Source: Bacillota bacterium (GTDB lineage Bacteria > Bacillota > Clostridia > Lachnospirales > Lachnospiraceae). From it: DNA of 64,000 nucleotides. Numbering within the stretch: the stretch's first letter is position 1; every line of letters starts with the position of its first letter. This document shows positions 35,706-45,549 of the stretch, piece by piece. The notes below the pieces were generated by a model. That model was not told where the DNA came from. It saw only the letters and a list, made by a program, of their open reading frames with translations, and searched no databases. The position numbers and the translations under genes were made by a program. Location: assembly GCA_023415055.1 (NCBI GenBank), contig JAEZLZ010000097.1, positions 3,741 to 67,740 on the forward strand, given 5' to 3'.

Positions 35706-38627
35706 ATGAAGATAAGTGTATGTAAGACAAACCATCTCGTAAATCCTCTGGGGTTTGGTATGGACTATGCTACCGTATCGTGGATAGTGGAGGAGACAAC
35801 ATCAAAGAAGCAGCTGGCAGCGCAGGTGATCGTAGCGAAGAATGTGGGGATGAGTGAAGTGATCTATGACAGCGGCAGGAAACCGGAGCTGTCTAATCTG
35901 GCAGTAAGGCTGCCAATTGCACTGTCCCCTTATACCAGATATTATTGGACGGTTAAGGTATGGGGCGACGGTGGAGATGAGGCTGTTTCAGAAGTAAATT
36001 GGTTTGAGACCGGAAAACAGAACGAGAATTGGAGTGCGAAATGGATTACACCCGTATGGGAAGATACGAGTATTCATCCCTATTTAAGAAGATCCTTCGC
36101 CCTTCCCGGTGCGATCAGATCTGCCAGAGCCTATGTGACCGGACTAGGTCTGTACGAACTGGAGTTGAACGGGGTTAAGGTAGGAAATGAATATTTAACA
36201 CCTTACTGTAATGCTTACGATGCCTGGATTCAAAGCCAGACCTATGATATCACGGAGCTTTTGCAGGAGGGAGAGAATACGGTTGGTGCTATATTAGCAA
36301 ATGGCTGGGCGAAGGGTAGGTTTGGAACCTTTGGAGATTTAAATACACCATATTGCCAATCCTTTGCTCTATTGTGTGAGCTTCGTATTACAATGGAGGA
36401 TGGCTCCGTTACGGTCCTCGGGACGGATACGGATTGGCGCTGCAAGCCCTCTCCTGTGCTTGCAGACGGAATCTATGACGGAGAAGTCTATGATGCAAAC
36501 AGGGAACTAATCGGCTGGTCTAATGTTGATTTTGATGATTCTGATTGGGATATGGTGAAGGAATACAACCCAGAGGGTTTGGGTAAGGTTGAAGATAGGC
36601 TGTCCTTACCTGTCCTCGTGAAAGAGACGATGAAACCGATTGCATTACTTCATACTCCGGCCGGTGAATGGGTTCTTGATATGGGCCAAAATATGGTTGG
36701 CTGGATAAGAATCAATATCCGCGAACCAAAAGACACCATCATAACTCTAAGGCACGGAGAAGTACTGCAAGAGGATAATTTTTACCGCGATAACCTGCGT
36801 TCGGCTAAAGCGGAATATTGTTATATCTGCGATGGTACGGAGAGGATAATTGAACCGCATTATACTTTTTATGGTTTCCGGTATGTGAAGCTGGAGGGAT
36901 TTACGGAACCAATCCGGTTGGAGGACTTTACTGGTTGCGTCGTTTATTCGGATCTGGAGCAGACAGGTAGTATCGAGACCTCAGATCCTTACGTGAACCG
37001 ATTGTTTCTGAATGCTCTGTGGGGACAAAAGGGAAATTTCTTGGATGTACCGACAGATTGCCCGCAGCGGGATGAGCGGATGGGTTGGACCGGGGATACC
37101 GAGGTATTTAGCGGAACGGCATCCTTCAATATGGATACTTATGCTTTCTATACAAAGTTTATGCGAGATCTGTACGAAGAACAAAAATTCTGTAACGGCA
37201 TGGTGACCAGTGTAGTTCCGACCTTCACTAAGGATAAAAGTATCGAAGCAAGCTTTATGGGCGGCGGTGCCTGTGCTTGGGGAGATGCGGCAACTGTTGT
37301 TCCTTGGGAGGTTTATCTTCATTATGGTGATAAAGCAATCTTAGAAAAGCAATATCCGAGTATGAAAGCTTGGGTTGACTGGATACGTTTACAGGATCAG
37401 AAATCCGGTGACCGAAGGCTGTGGACAGTGGGCTTTCATTACGGAGATTGGCTCGCACTGGATGGCCCGGTAGAAGGTGGTGTCTTTGGAGGAACCGATA
37501 ATGGACTGTTGGCCTCTGCATATTATCGATTGTCCTCCAATATTGTTGCAAAGGCTGCCTCTGTACTTGGATATTTGGAGGATGCCTCCTTCTATGGAGG
37601 TTTAACAGAGGAGATCAAACAGGCAATTCAGAATGAATATTTTACAAAGAACGGTCGCTCTGCCATCCATACGCAGACGGCTCATGTAGTGGCACTGCAT
37701 TTTGATCTGGTTCCGGCTGAGGTTAAGAATAGAGTTCTGAAGGATCTGAAGGCTCTGCTCAAGAAGAGTAACATGCATCTTAAGACCGGATTTATCGGAA
37801 CCCCTTACCTATGCAGGACTCTTTCCGACCATGGCGATCCGGAGAGCGCTTACCGAATCTTCTTCCAGGAGGATTACCCAAGCTGGCTCTATGAAGTATT
37901 GATGGGAGCGACTACAATATGGGAACGCTGGAACTCCATCCTACCAGACGGTAAAATGGAGGGGATCGGTATGAATTCTCTGAATCATTATGCATATGGT
38001 TCCATCATAGAATGGATGTACCGTAATATGTGCGGAATCAATCCAGTCGAAGAGGCTCCGGGCTTCCGCAAATTCATTCTCAAGCCTGAGGTCTACGGTA
38101 AATTATATTTTGCAAAGGCTACCTTACGGTCCGCCATGGGTCTTATTGAGTGCGGCTGGTCGAGGGAAGAGGGCGGCAAGCACAAAACACTAACAATTCA
38201 GATCACGATACCATTTAATGCAGAAGCAATACTCTATCTTCCGGATGCCAGATTAACTGAAGTGGAGGGTATCATAGGGTTATCTGCGGAGCAAGTGGGA
38301 GAGAAGGTGAAGGTAAGCCTAGAGGCAGGCATCTATACCTTCCGTTATATCCCCACTAAGAATTATGAACTTGTATACTCTATCGAATCACCTCTTCGAG
38401 AATTGCTGGAAAACACTGAGACAAAGGCTATACTGTCCGATCTGGTACCAAAGCTAATCTCGATGGTAAACGACCAGAATGAGACAGATCTGCCCTATAG
38501 TATCGCGGATATCTTAGACGATGAGGATACCTCTTTAGCGGAACGGTTGTTTAGTAATAAGATAGACGTTATTAAATTAAATGAATGCTTAGGTATGATA
38601 CCGGTCAAGACAAGAACCGTTAAGTAA
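35706..38627 (+). CDS. Alpha-L-rhamnosidase (GH78)
   Basis: DVPTDCPQRDERMGWTGD, GDWL, TTIWERW, SLNHYAYG; start moved to ATG 35706. Confidence 0.93.
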   Translation: MKISVCKTNHLVNPLGFGMDYATVSWIVEETTSKKQLAAQVIVAKNVGMSEVIYDSGRKPELSNLAVRLPIALSPYTRYYWTVKVWGDGGDEAVSEVNWFETGKQNENWSAKWITPVWEDTSIHPYLRRSFALPGAIRSARAYVTGLGLYELELNGVKVGNEYLTPYCNAYDAWIQSQTYDITELLQEGENTVGAILANGWAKGRFGTFGDLNTPYCQSFALLCELRITMEDGSVTVLGTDTDWRCKPSPVLADGIYDGEVYDANRELIGWSNVDFDDSDWDMVKEYNPEGLGKVEDRLSLPVLVKETMKPIALLHTPAGEWVLDMGQNMVGWIRINIREPKDTIITLRHGEVLQEDNFYRDNLRSAKAEYCYICDGTERIIEPHYTFYGFRYVKLEGFTEPIRLEDFTGCVVYSDLEQTGSIETSDPYVNRLFLNALWGQKGNFLDVPTDCPQRDERMGWTGDTEVFSGTASFNMDTYAFYTKFMRDLYEEQKFCNGMVTSVVPTFTKDKSIEASFMGGGACAWGDAATVVPWEVYLHYGDKAILEKQYPSMKAWVDWIRLQDQKSGDRRLWTVGFHYGDWLALDGPVEGGVFGGTDNGLLASAYYRLSSNIVAKAASVLGYLEDASFYGGLTEEIKQAIQNEYFTKNGRSAIHTQTAHVVALHFDLVPAEVKNRVLKDLKALLKKSNMHLKTGFIGTPYLCRTLSDHGDPESAYRIFFQEDYPSWLYEVLMGATTIWERWNSILPDGKMEGIGMNSLNHYAYGSIIEWMYRNMCGINPVEEAPGFRKFILKPEVYGKLYFAKATLRSAMGLIECGWSREEGGKHKTLTIQITIPFNAEAILYLPDARLTEVEGIIGLSAEQVGEKVKVSLEAGIYTFRYIPTKNYELVYSIESPLRELLENTETKAILSDLVPKLISMVNDQNETDLPYSIADILDDEDTSLAERLFSNKIDVIKLNECLGMIPVKTRTVK

Positions 38628-38693
38628 GTAACTTCAAAGCGAAGAATTGAAGATATAACTTATTAGAAAGAATAGAAAGACTATCGTTTAAAA

Positions 38694-38925
38694 TGATATG
38701 ATACCTCCAAAGGAGACAAGGGGAAATAACCAAATCTACTTTGGAGGTATTTTTATGGGTAGAAAATTTAAATATTCCATTGAGGATAAAATATATGCAG
38801 TAAATGCATATCGATCTGGTTCAATGAGTATTCAGGAAATTTGTGAAGATATAGGAATGCATTATTGCAACGGAGGTGGTAGTTGTATCCGGCAATGGAC
38901 CCAAAGGTATTCTGAATTTGGGGAA
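38694..38925 (+). mobile_element. Truncated IS3-family element: left end plus partial orfA
   Basis: Starts TG; hairpin ATACCTCCAAAG/CTTTGGAGGTAT buries the RBS; ATG 38755 gives MGRKFKYSIEDKIYAV..Y..G..SI.EIC...IRQW..RY...G, a transposase HTH; no orfB and no right end. Confidence 0.7.
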
Positions 38926-39060
38926 GTTATACCAAGCATTGAAATTACTTGGGAGGAAGATTATAATTATAGGATATATGCAGAGTCGATTACTGATAAT
39001 GTAATAATCGAAGATCTGTCGGCTGTGTCGTTGGTAACGACCTATAAAGAACTGATATAG
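38926..39060 (+). pseudogene. Orphan 3' gene fragment fused in frame to the IS orfA remnant
   Basis: The ORF continues into an unrelated acidic segment VIPSIEITWEEDYNY...KELI; junction position approximate. Confidence 0.45.
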
Positions 39061-39098
39061 AAAGCTATGGAATAATACTTAGGAGGAGTATTGATCGT

Positions 39099-39359
39099 AT
39101 GGGTAACTTAGTACATTTACCGAATATTGGCATAGACACAGAAAAGCAGTTGCAATTAATCGGTGTCAATTCTTATGATGAACTTAAGGCACTCGGTGCG
39201 GAGCAGGCATGGCTGAAATTACAGAAGATAGATGAATCCGCATGCCTTCATAGATTATTGGGTTTAGAAGGTGCCATACAAGGAATGAGAAAGAATTTGC
39301 TTTCGGAAGAGAGAAAAGCTGAATTGAAAGAATTCTATAACATTCATAAAATTATTTAA
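39099..39359 (+). CDS. TfoX/Sxy C-terminal domain protein
   Basis: LPNIG...E.QL...G......L...GA..AW, CLHRL..LEGAIQG. Confidence 0.88.
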   Translation: MGNLVHLPNIGIDTEKQLQLIGVNSYDELKALGAEQAWLKLQKIDESACLHRLLGLEGAIQGMRKNLLSEERKAELKEFYNIHKII

Positions 39360-39376
39360 AGCAGGAGATCAATAAA

Positions 39377-39774
39377 ATGAGTAAAAGCCCATTTGATCAG
39401 TTCCCCAAAATTACGACAAGTGAGATTATCTTTCGAAAAATTATTCCCGATGATGTGGACAGCCTCTTTGAGATATACAACGGGATGTGAATATGATTAC
39501 GACTGGATACCGCTTGAATGATCGCTTTTGGGGTAGAGGAATTGCTACAAAAACAGTAAAAGCAATGACAGATTACCTTTTCAAGGAAATTGGTATTAAT
39601 CGAGTCCAGACTTTTGTCATGCCGGAGAATATCAAGTCATTGAATGTCTTGAAAAGAAATAATTATAAAGAAGAAGGTACTTTTCGACAGGGATATCGAT
39701 GGAAGGGCTTAGGCGTAGTTGATCTGACGCTATTTTCTATGTTAAGGTCTGATTGGAATCAGCTATGGTTATAG
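39377..39774 (+). pseudogene. RimJ/RimL-type GNAT with internal deletion and frameshift
   Basis: RBS plus MSKSPFDQFPKITTSEIIFRKIIPDDVDSLFEIY, then jumps out of frame to DVNMITTGYRLN..FWGRGIAT...N..S..VL. Confidence 0.75.
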
Positions 39775-39804
39775 AAAAAGTCATAACGGAATGGGGGAAT
39801 TAGA

Positions 39805-40323
39805 GTGGAACTATGGGATGTATACGATATGAATCGCGATAAAACTGGGAAAACGATGCTTCGAGGCGAGCCATTTGAAGATAATGCTTATCATTTGGTT
39901 GTTCACGTATGTGTTTTCAATGCTAAAGGTGAGATGTTAATACAGCAAAGGCAATCGTTTAAGGAGGGGTGGCCGAATAAATGGGATATCACTGCAGGCG
40001 GAAGTGCAACGAAGGGAGATACCAGTCAGACTGCTGCAGAAAGAGAACTATTTGAGGAAATAGGACTGAAAATCGATTTACACAATATCAGACCTCATAT
40101 GGCAATCAATTTTAATCATGGTTTTCATGATATTTATTTGATCGAAAAAGAGGTTGATCTTAAGAAGCTGGTTCTGCAACCGGAAGAAGTTCAGAAGGTG
40201 AAATGGGCTTCCAAGGAGGAGATCCTTTTCATGATAGAAAATAGAGAATTTGTACCATATTACCCTAGTGCGATACTGCTATTATTTGATCTGCGAAAAA
40301 AATATGGATGGATTCGGGAATAA
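39805..40323 (+). CDS. NUDIX hydrolase
   Basis: GGSA.KGD....AAERELFEEIG Nudix box. Confidence 0.9.
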   Translation: MELWDVYDMNRDKTGKTMLRGEPFEDNAYHLVVHVCVFNAKGEMLIQQRQSFKEGWPNKWDITAGGSATKGDTSQTAAERELFEEIGLKIDLHNIRPHMAINFNHGFHDIYLIEKEVDLKKLVLQPEEVQKVKWASKEEILFMIENREFVPYYPSAILLLFDLRKKYGWIRE

Positions 40324-40411
40324 GGAATAAATAAAATTTTTGCGAAAAGTTTAGAACAATAGATTGAGTTAGTTTATCATAAAAAAAATAGGAGGAAGGA
40401 GGTATTTTGCT

Positions 40412-40906
40412 GTGGTAAGAGAGATTTTAAAGCTCGGTAATCCGCAATTATATGAGAAAAGCCAAGAAGTTACAGAGGCAGATAGAAAGTATTTGTCTGA
40501 TTGGATCCAAGATCTTCATGACACTCTCATGAATTATAAAAATACATACGGAGCCGGACGTGCAATTGCAGCACCGCAGATAGGAATTCAAAAACGGTTG
40601 TTATATATGTTTACGGATAAACCATATGTCTTCATAAATCCTGCACTAACTTTCCCGGATGAGGAAATATATACACTTTTGGATGATTGTATGTCATTTC
40701 CAGGATTAATGGTTAAGGTGGAACGGTATAAACGAGTGTATATTTCCTATCTTGATGAAGATTTTCATCCGCGTCAAATGCACCTGGAAGACGACTATTC
40801 AGAGCTTTTACAGCATGAATATGATCATCTGGAGGGGATACTGGCTACTATGAGGGCAGTCGATAACAAGTCACTTTACTTAGAAAATAGGATACGAGGC
40901 AATTAG
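40412..40906 (+). CDS. Peptide deformylase-like protein with variant motifs
   Basis: GRAIAAPQIG, DDCMS, QHEYDHLEG. Confidence 0.85.
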   Translation: MVREILKLGNPQLYEKSQEVTEADRKYLSDWIQDLHDTLMNYKNTYGAGRAIAAPQIGIQKRLLYMFTDKPYVFINPALTFPDEEIYTLLDDCMSFPGLMVKVERYKRVYISYLDEDFHPRQMHLEDDYSELLQHEYDHLEGILATMRAVDNKSLYLENRIRGN

Positions 40907-40924
40907 TAATGTTATATAAGGGGA

Positions 40925-41404
40925 GTGTATATGGACTTACAGGAAATCAATGATAAGTACCGCGAAGTGGTAAACCGAATTTTGAAAGAGGAATGGCATT
41001 GTCCACCTTCTATATCGAAGGGAAAGGTAATTGATACTACGATTCTACCCGGATTTCTTTATATACAAGAGGATGAGATAAAGGGAGTTGTAACCTATCA
41101 TATTGAAAATGAGGAATGTGAGATTGTAACATTAAACAGTTTTGACGAAAACAAAGGAATAGGTTCCGCTTTAATCAATGGAGTTTTAAATATTGCTAAA
41201 AATAATCATTGTAAAAGACTATGGTTAATAACAACCAATGACGATATAAATGCAATACGATTCTATCAAAAGAAAGGGTTTGATTTAAGGGCAGCTCATA
41301 TCAATGCGATGGATGTCTCCAGAAAACTAAAGCCAAGCATTCCGCTATGGGGAATGGATAACATACCGATTAAGCACGAGCTTGAATTTGAAATATTATT
41401 GTAA
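40925..41404 (+). CDS. GNAT acetyltransferase
   Basis: CEIVTLNS...KGIGSAL, RLWLITTNDD..A.RFYQK.GF. Confidence 0.9.
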   Translation: MYMDLQEINDKYREVVNRILKEEWHCPPSISKGKVIDTTILPGFLYIQEDEIKGVVTYHIENEECEIVTLNSFDENKGIGSALINGVLNIAKNNHCKRLWLITTNDDINAIRFYQKKGFDLRAAHINAMDVSRKLKPSIPLWGMDNIPIKHELEFEILL

Positions 41405-41593
41405 TTGGGCTTTTGATCTTAGCAAATTTTCACACGAACGAACTGTGGAAAGTGCTGGAATACTGTTCTTCCCTCGGAGAAATCTATGACATCGTGGTAG
41501 AGGATATGGACAGACAGGCAAGAGGATTGCATGGTTGATCTAATTTCACCTGGATGAAGGAGTAGCTATGAATAAATTAATAGTATTAGAGAT

Positions 41594-41630
41594 AGAAGGT
41601 GATGGATGCTTAAACATCCTCACCTTCTTT
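41594..41630 (+). terminator. Rho-independent terminator
   Basis: AGAAGGTGA-TGGATG...CATCC-TCACCTTCT followed by TT. Confidence 0.7.
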
Positions 41631-41759
41631 ACATCTTTATCATATCATAAAATCTCCATAACAACAAGACTGTTTTTCCGTGCAGGTATGTGCTAGACTC
41701 TTACAGTAACTTCAGGGAACAGCAGTATTTTGTCCATTTGAATGAGAGGGGATCTTGGA

Positions 41760-43925
41760 ATGAGTCATCATCAAACTGAACTTGAATTTGAACGTGAGAA
41801 ACTTGCACAAACGATAACAATCGCACAAAACCAGTTGGATCAAGCCAGACTACTTAATGAGGAGAATAAATCTGCAATACTTTCTGCAAAGAAGGAGTTG
41901 CGGGAAGAAACCTCGCATGCGATGGGTAATCTTTGGGGGTCAGATGCCTTTGAAGCCCTGGCGGAATTAAGCCAGTTTGTGAATCCGGTAGAACAGAAGA
42001 TTACGGATTATGAAACCCTGGAGAAAAAAATACGGTTACTGGAGCAGCTGATTAAGTCTCCCTATTTTGCCCGGATCGATTTTAAATATGAAGACGAGGA
42101 TCAGCCTGAGATGATTTATATCGGACGAAGCTCGTTAAAGAAAGAAAATTCCTATGAAAACTATGTCCATGACTGGAGATCGCCTATCGCAAGTGTTTTC
42201 TACCGTTTTGTCACCGGTCCGGTATATTATGACGCACCGGTCGGCAGGATAAACGGTGAAGTGAAACTAAAACGTCAGTATGAAATCAATCATAGTGTGT
42301 TAGAGTATTATTTTGATGCGGATGTTCAGATCGTGGATGAATTTCTGAGAAAGCTGCTGTCGCAGAATACCTCACCAAAGATGAAAACAATTGTAGAGAC
42401 TATTCAGAAAGAACAGGATATTGTCATACGTGATATGGAGAACGATTTAATGATGGTACAGGGAGTTGCAGGAAGCGGCAAGACCTCCATCGCGCTCCAC
42501 CGGGCTGCTTATCTTATGTATCAGGGACTACAGGCAAAGTTGTCTGCAAATAATATCATGATTATTTCTCCGAACACATTATTTGAACAATATATTTCAA
42601 GCGTATTGCCGGAGCTTGGGGAAAGTAATGTGGTCTCCGTTGTATTTGATGAACTACTTACTACAATACTTGAACAGGAACAGATCCAATCAAGAAATCA
42701 ATTCCTGGAAAACTTAGTTACCAGCACCGGATATCGAAACGTGATTAAGCAATGTATCGAATTCAAAACCTCGGAGCAAATGAAAGAAATATTGCATCAT
42801 TTTATTGAGAACCTACCATACCAGGACATTGAATTCGAAGATGTCTATTATGAGAATAAGCTGGTCCTAGAGAAAGAACAACTCAGAGAGATGGTGGTGA
42901 GAAGAGGTGATATACCTCTAGGGGTTAAATTAAAGCAGCTTGAAGAATATATCATGGAGCTCGTCAGAGAAACTGCCGAAGAGCGAATCAACAGAGCCGA
43001 ACGATTGAGTATCCAGAATGAGCTTAAGAAATTTACGGTGCTCAATGTGGATCATTTATATTATAAACTGTTCCATAATAATGAGTATTTTACCGGTTTT
43101 GATAAGGATGGCTTACTTTCTGAGGGGATGGATGAGATACTGAAATATACCCAGGAGAATTTGGAGAGTCGCTATCTGCATTTTGATGATGCAATTGTCA
43201 AGGCCTATCTGAAGCTGATGTTATTCGGTGCCTCAAATGAATACCGGAATATCAAGCAGGTGGTCATTGATGAAGCGCAGGATTATTATCCTCTTCAATA
43301 TGAAATATTTCACATGATGTTTGCGAATGCGAAGTTCACGGTTCTGGGCGATATGAATCAAACTCTGGAAAAGCAGGAGGATCTGTCGTTATATGAACAA
43401 ATCGGAAAAATATTAAATAAGAAAAAGTCATCCTTGATTACTATGGATAAGAGCTTCCGCTGTACCAATGAGATACTTCAATTTAGTCTGAAATTCATAG
43501 ATCAAAGTCCGGAAATTAAGAGCTTTAATCGAAAAGGAGAGGAACCGGAGATTTCTGTTGCTTCTGATCAGGTTGCTCTTAATGATAAGATCATCAAAGA
43601 AGTTAAGATCTGTCAGGAGAAAGGATATCGAACCATCGGTCTGATCTGTAAAAGTGAGAAGAATGCTCATGCCCTATATCGGTACCTGAAGGCTTCGATT
43701 GAGGTACAGCTAATCAAGAATGAAAGCACGACGGATTTGCAGGGAGTATTTATCATACCGGTGTATCTGTCCAAGGGACTGGAGTTTGATGCTGTGTTAG
43801 TCTGCGATGCGGATGCAGCGACCTATCACACAGAGGATGATAAAAAGCATCTATATATTGCATGCACCAGAGCACTCCATCGTCTTAATCTGTTCTGTAG
43901 AGGAGAGCGCAGTCCATTGCTATAG
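41760..43925 (+). CDS. helD: HelD-family (RNA polymerase recycling) SF1 helicase-like ATPase
   Basis: SPYFARIDF, IYIGR, DWRSP, IVETIQKEQD, QGVAGSGKT..ALHRAAYL, DEAQD, KGLEFD, YIACTRA. Confidence 0.85.
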   Translation: MSHHQTELEFEREKLAQTITIAQNQLDQARLLNEENKSAILSAKKELREETSHAMGNLWGSDAFEALAELSQFVNPVEQKITDYETLEKKIRLLEQLIKSPYFARIDFKYEDEDQPEMIYIGRSSLKKENSYENYVHDWRSPIASVFYRFVTGPVYYDAPVGRINGEVKLKRQYEINHSVLEYYFDADVQIVDEFLRKLLSQNTSPKMKTIVETIQKEQDIVIRDMENDLMMVQGVAGSGKTSIALHRAAYLMYQGLQAKLSANNIMIISPNTLFEQYISSVLPELGESNVVSVVFDELLTTILEQEQIQSRNQFLENLVTSTGYRNVIKQCIEFKTSEQMKEILHHFIENLPYQDIEFEDVYYENKLVLEKEQLREMVVRRGDIPLGVKLKQLEEYIMELVRETAEERINRAERLSIQNELKKFTVLNVDHLYYKLFHNNEYFTGFDKDGLLSEGMDEILKYTQENLESRYLHFDDAIVKAYLKLMLFGASNEYRNIKQVVIDEAQDYYPLQYEIFHMMFANAKFTVLGDMNQTLEKQEDLSLYEQIGKILNKKKSSLITMDKSFRCTNEILQFSLKFIDQSPEIKSFNRKGEEPEISVASDQVALNDKIIKEVKICQEKGYRTIGLICKSEKNAHALYRYLKASIEVQLIKNESTTDLQGVFIIPVYLSKGLEFDAVLVCDADAATYHTEDDKKHLYIACTRALHRLNLFCRGERSPLL

Positions 43926-43942
43926 TAAACATCAAAAGGCCT

Positions 43943-43989
43943 GAAAATGCAGGGTAAGATTATACTTATCCTGCATTTTCGATTTCTTT
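43943..43989 (+). terminator. Rho-independent terminator
   Basis: GAAAATGCAGGGTAAG-attata-CTTATCCTGCATTTTC. Confidence 0.8.
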
Positions 43990-44069
43990 GGATTCATAAA
44001 GATTGAAGTACAATTGAAGCACAATATAGTAATAAATTACATTTTACAAGATAAAGTGTATTTCAACTA

Positions 44070-44100
44070 TTGACCTGGTGTTAGGTTTAAGTAGTATAAT
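44070..44100 (+). promoter_or_regulatory. Promoter with 19-bp spacer and dyad (MerR-type architecture)
   Basis: TTGACC-19 bp-TATAAT; imperfect dyad TTGACCT-ggtgtt-AGGTTTA. Confidence 0.6.
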
Positions 44101-44229
44101 GATGTATATATATCACAGGAACTCAATCAAGTTTTCGAGAAAGGAAAGAAAAATAGCGATTTATTATAATTCGCAGGCTGGTAACCAGCCGTGGTTAAGT
44201 AAAATAAAGAAGATGATGGGAGAAAAAGG

Positions 44230-45414
44230 GTGAAATCGGATAAAATATCTTTCAAATTAAGTATATTCTATATGGCAGTCTATGTTGGACTGGCTTGTAT
44301 TAGTCCGTTCTTGATATTATTCTATCAGCAAAAGGGATTGAACTTTGCTCAAATTGGATTAGTCAGTGCTGCGTATTCAATTTTTGGAGTATTCACTCAG
44401 CCCTTCTGGGGATTTATCACAGATAAGTACTTAAATAAAAGAATAACCTTAATCATGTTAAGTGTACTTTGTGCCCTCATTATATTCAGCTTCCTTATGG
44501 TGAACAGCGTCCCATCGGTTTTTGCCGCAGTTATTCTACTTTCCATATTTCAAAACTCTGTCTATCCGATTGCCGACGCCTTTAGCTATGAGATCATCGA
44601 GCATAACCCTCAGATTCAATATGGAAGGATACGCCTCATGGGCAATATCGGCTATGCGTTCGGGGCATTAGTTTTAGGTCTGATCATTCAGAGGTACGGT
44701 TTACGCATTTCCTATTATATCTTTTTTATAGTCATGATGCTCGCAAGTTTGATGATTGCTAAGGTGAAATTTACAGGTAAGCATACCGGGGTAAAGATTA
44801 ATTTAAAGGATGGACTACGGCTTTTTCAGGATAAGAGATACTTGATTTTACTTTTGTCAGCAACGATTTGTAATATTGCGATCGGTGGGAATGTAAATTA
44901 CGTTGCCATCCTAATTCAAGATACCGGAGGAAATACCGGAATTCTGGGATTTGTCTGGTTCCTGGTTGCATTGAGTGCTTTGCCGGTTTTGTATTATGGC
45001 AGAAGATTGATCACAAAATTTGATATGCTATATTTTTATATGTTCGGAAGCCTGGTTTATGCGCTGCGTTTCTTTTTAGATTCAATCGTTGACTCCTATA
45101 CTACTATCATCTGGATACAGTTATTGGAGAGCATCTCGTATCCGTTGGTATTGTTGGGAGCTTTGGAATATTTGAATAAGATAACACCGGATAAGGTTAA
45201 AACTACATCTATGACATTCTATACAGCCGCTTACGGAATCGGCGGTTTCATCGGTAATATCATTGGTGGTGTAATTCTTCAGAATGCAGAGGTATTCTTA
45301 TTATATAAAGTATTAGCTGGTGTTTCGTTATTAGGTTGTATCGTGGTTCTGATATTAAAGAAAGTGGATCAATCGGTTAGTGAAGTACAATCGGAAGAGG
45401 TAACTGCGGCATGA
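44230..45414 (+). CDS. MFS transporter (MFS_1-like/LacY-type)
   Basis: About 12 TM segments; QPFWG.I.D; YGRIRL.G..G. Confidence 0.9.
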   Translation: MKSDKISFKLSIFYMAVYVGLACISPFLILFYQQKGLNFAQIGLVSAAYSIFGVFTQPFWGFITDKYLNKRITLIMLSVLCALIIFSFLMVNSVPSVFAAVILLSIFQNSVYPIADAFSYEIIEHNPQIQYGRIRLMGNIGYAFGALVLGLIIQRYGLRISYYIFFIVMMLASLMIAKVKFTGKHTGVKINLKDGLRLFQDKRYLILLLSATICNIAIGGNVNYVAILIQDTGGNTGILGFVWFLVALSALPVLYYGRRLITKFDMLYFYMFGSLVYALRFFLDSIVDSYTTIIWIQLLESISYPLVLLGALEYLNKITPDKVKTTSMTFYTAAYGIGGFIGNIIGGVILQNAEVFLLYKVLAGVSLLGCIVVLILKKVDQSVSEVQSEEVTAA

Positions 45415-45513
45415 GAGGAGTTTGAAGTAGGAAAGAAGATACCGCCTTATAAATGGAATTAGGATAAGAGAAGAAGATAACAGATGAATATAACAAAGAT
45501 GTCATATTATTAG

Positions 45514-45546
45514 GATAGTCAGTGTCACAGGATGCTGGCTATTTTT
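45514..45546 (+). terminator. Rho-independent terminator
   Basis: GATAGTCAGTGTC-acag-GATGCTGGCTATT followed by TTT. Confidence 0.7.
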
Positions 45547-45549
45547 AAC

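Noticed and set aside
38698..39060. 120-aa ORF as a genuine gene
   Set aside because: Better explained as an IS orfA remnant fused to an unrelated fragment; its listed start lies inside the IS end.
41405..41538. Short open frame LLILANFHTNELWKVLEY...
   Set aside because: No start or RBS; probably debris of a deleted gene, and not identifiable.
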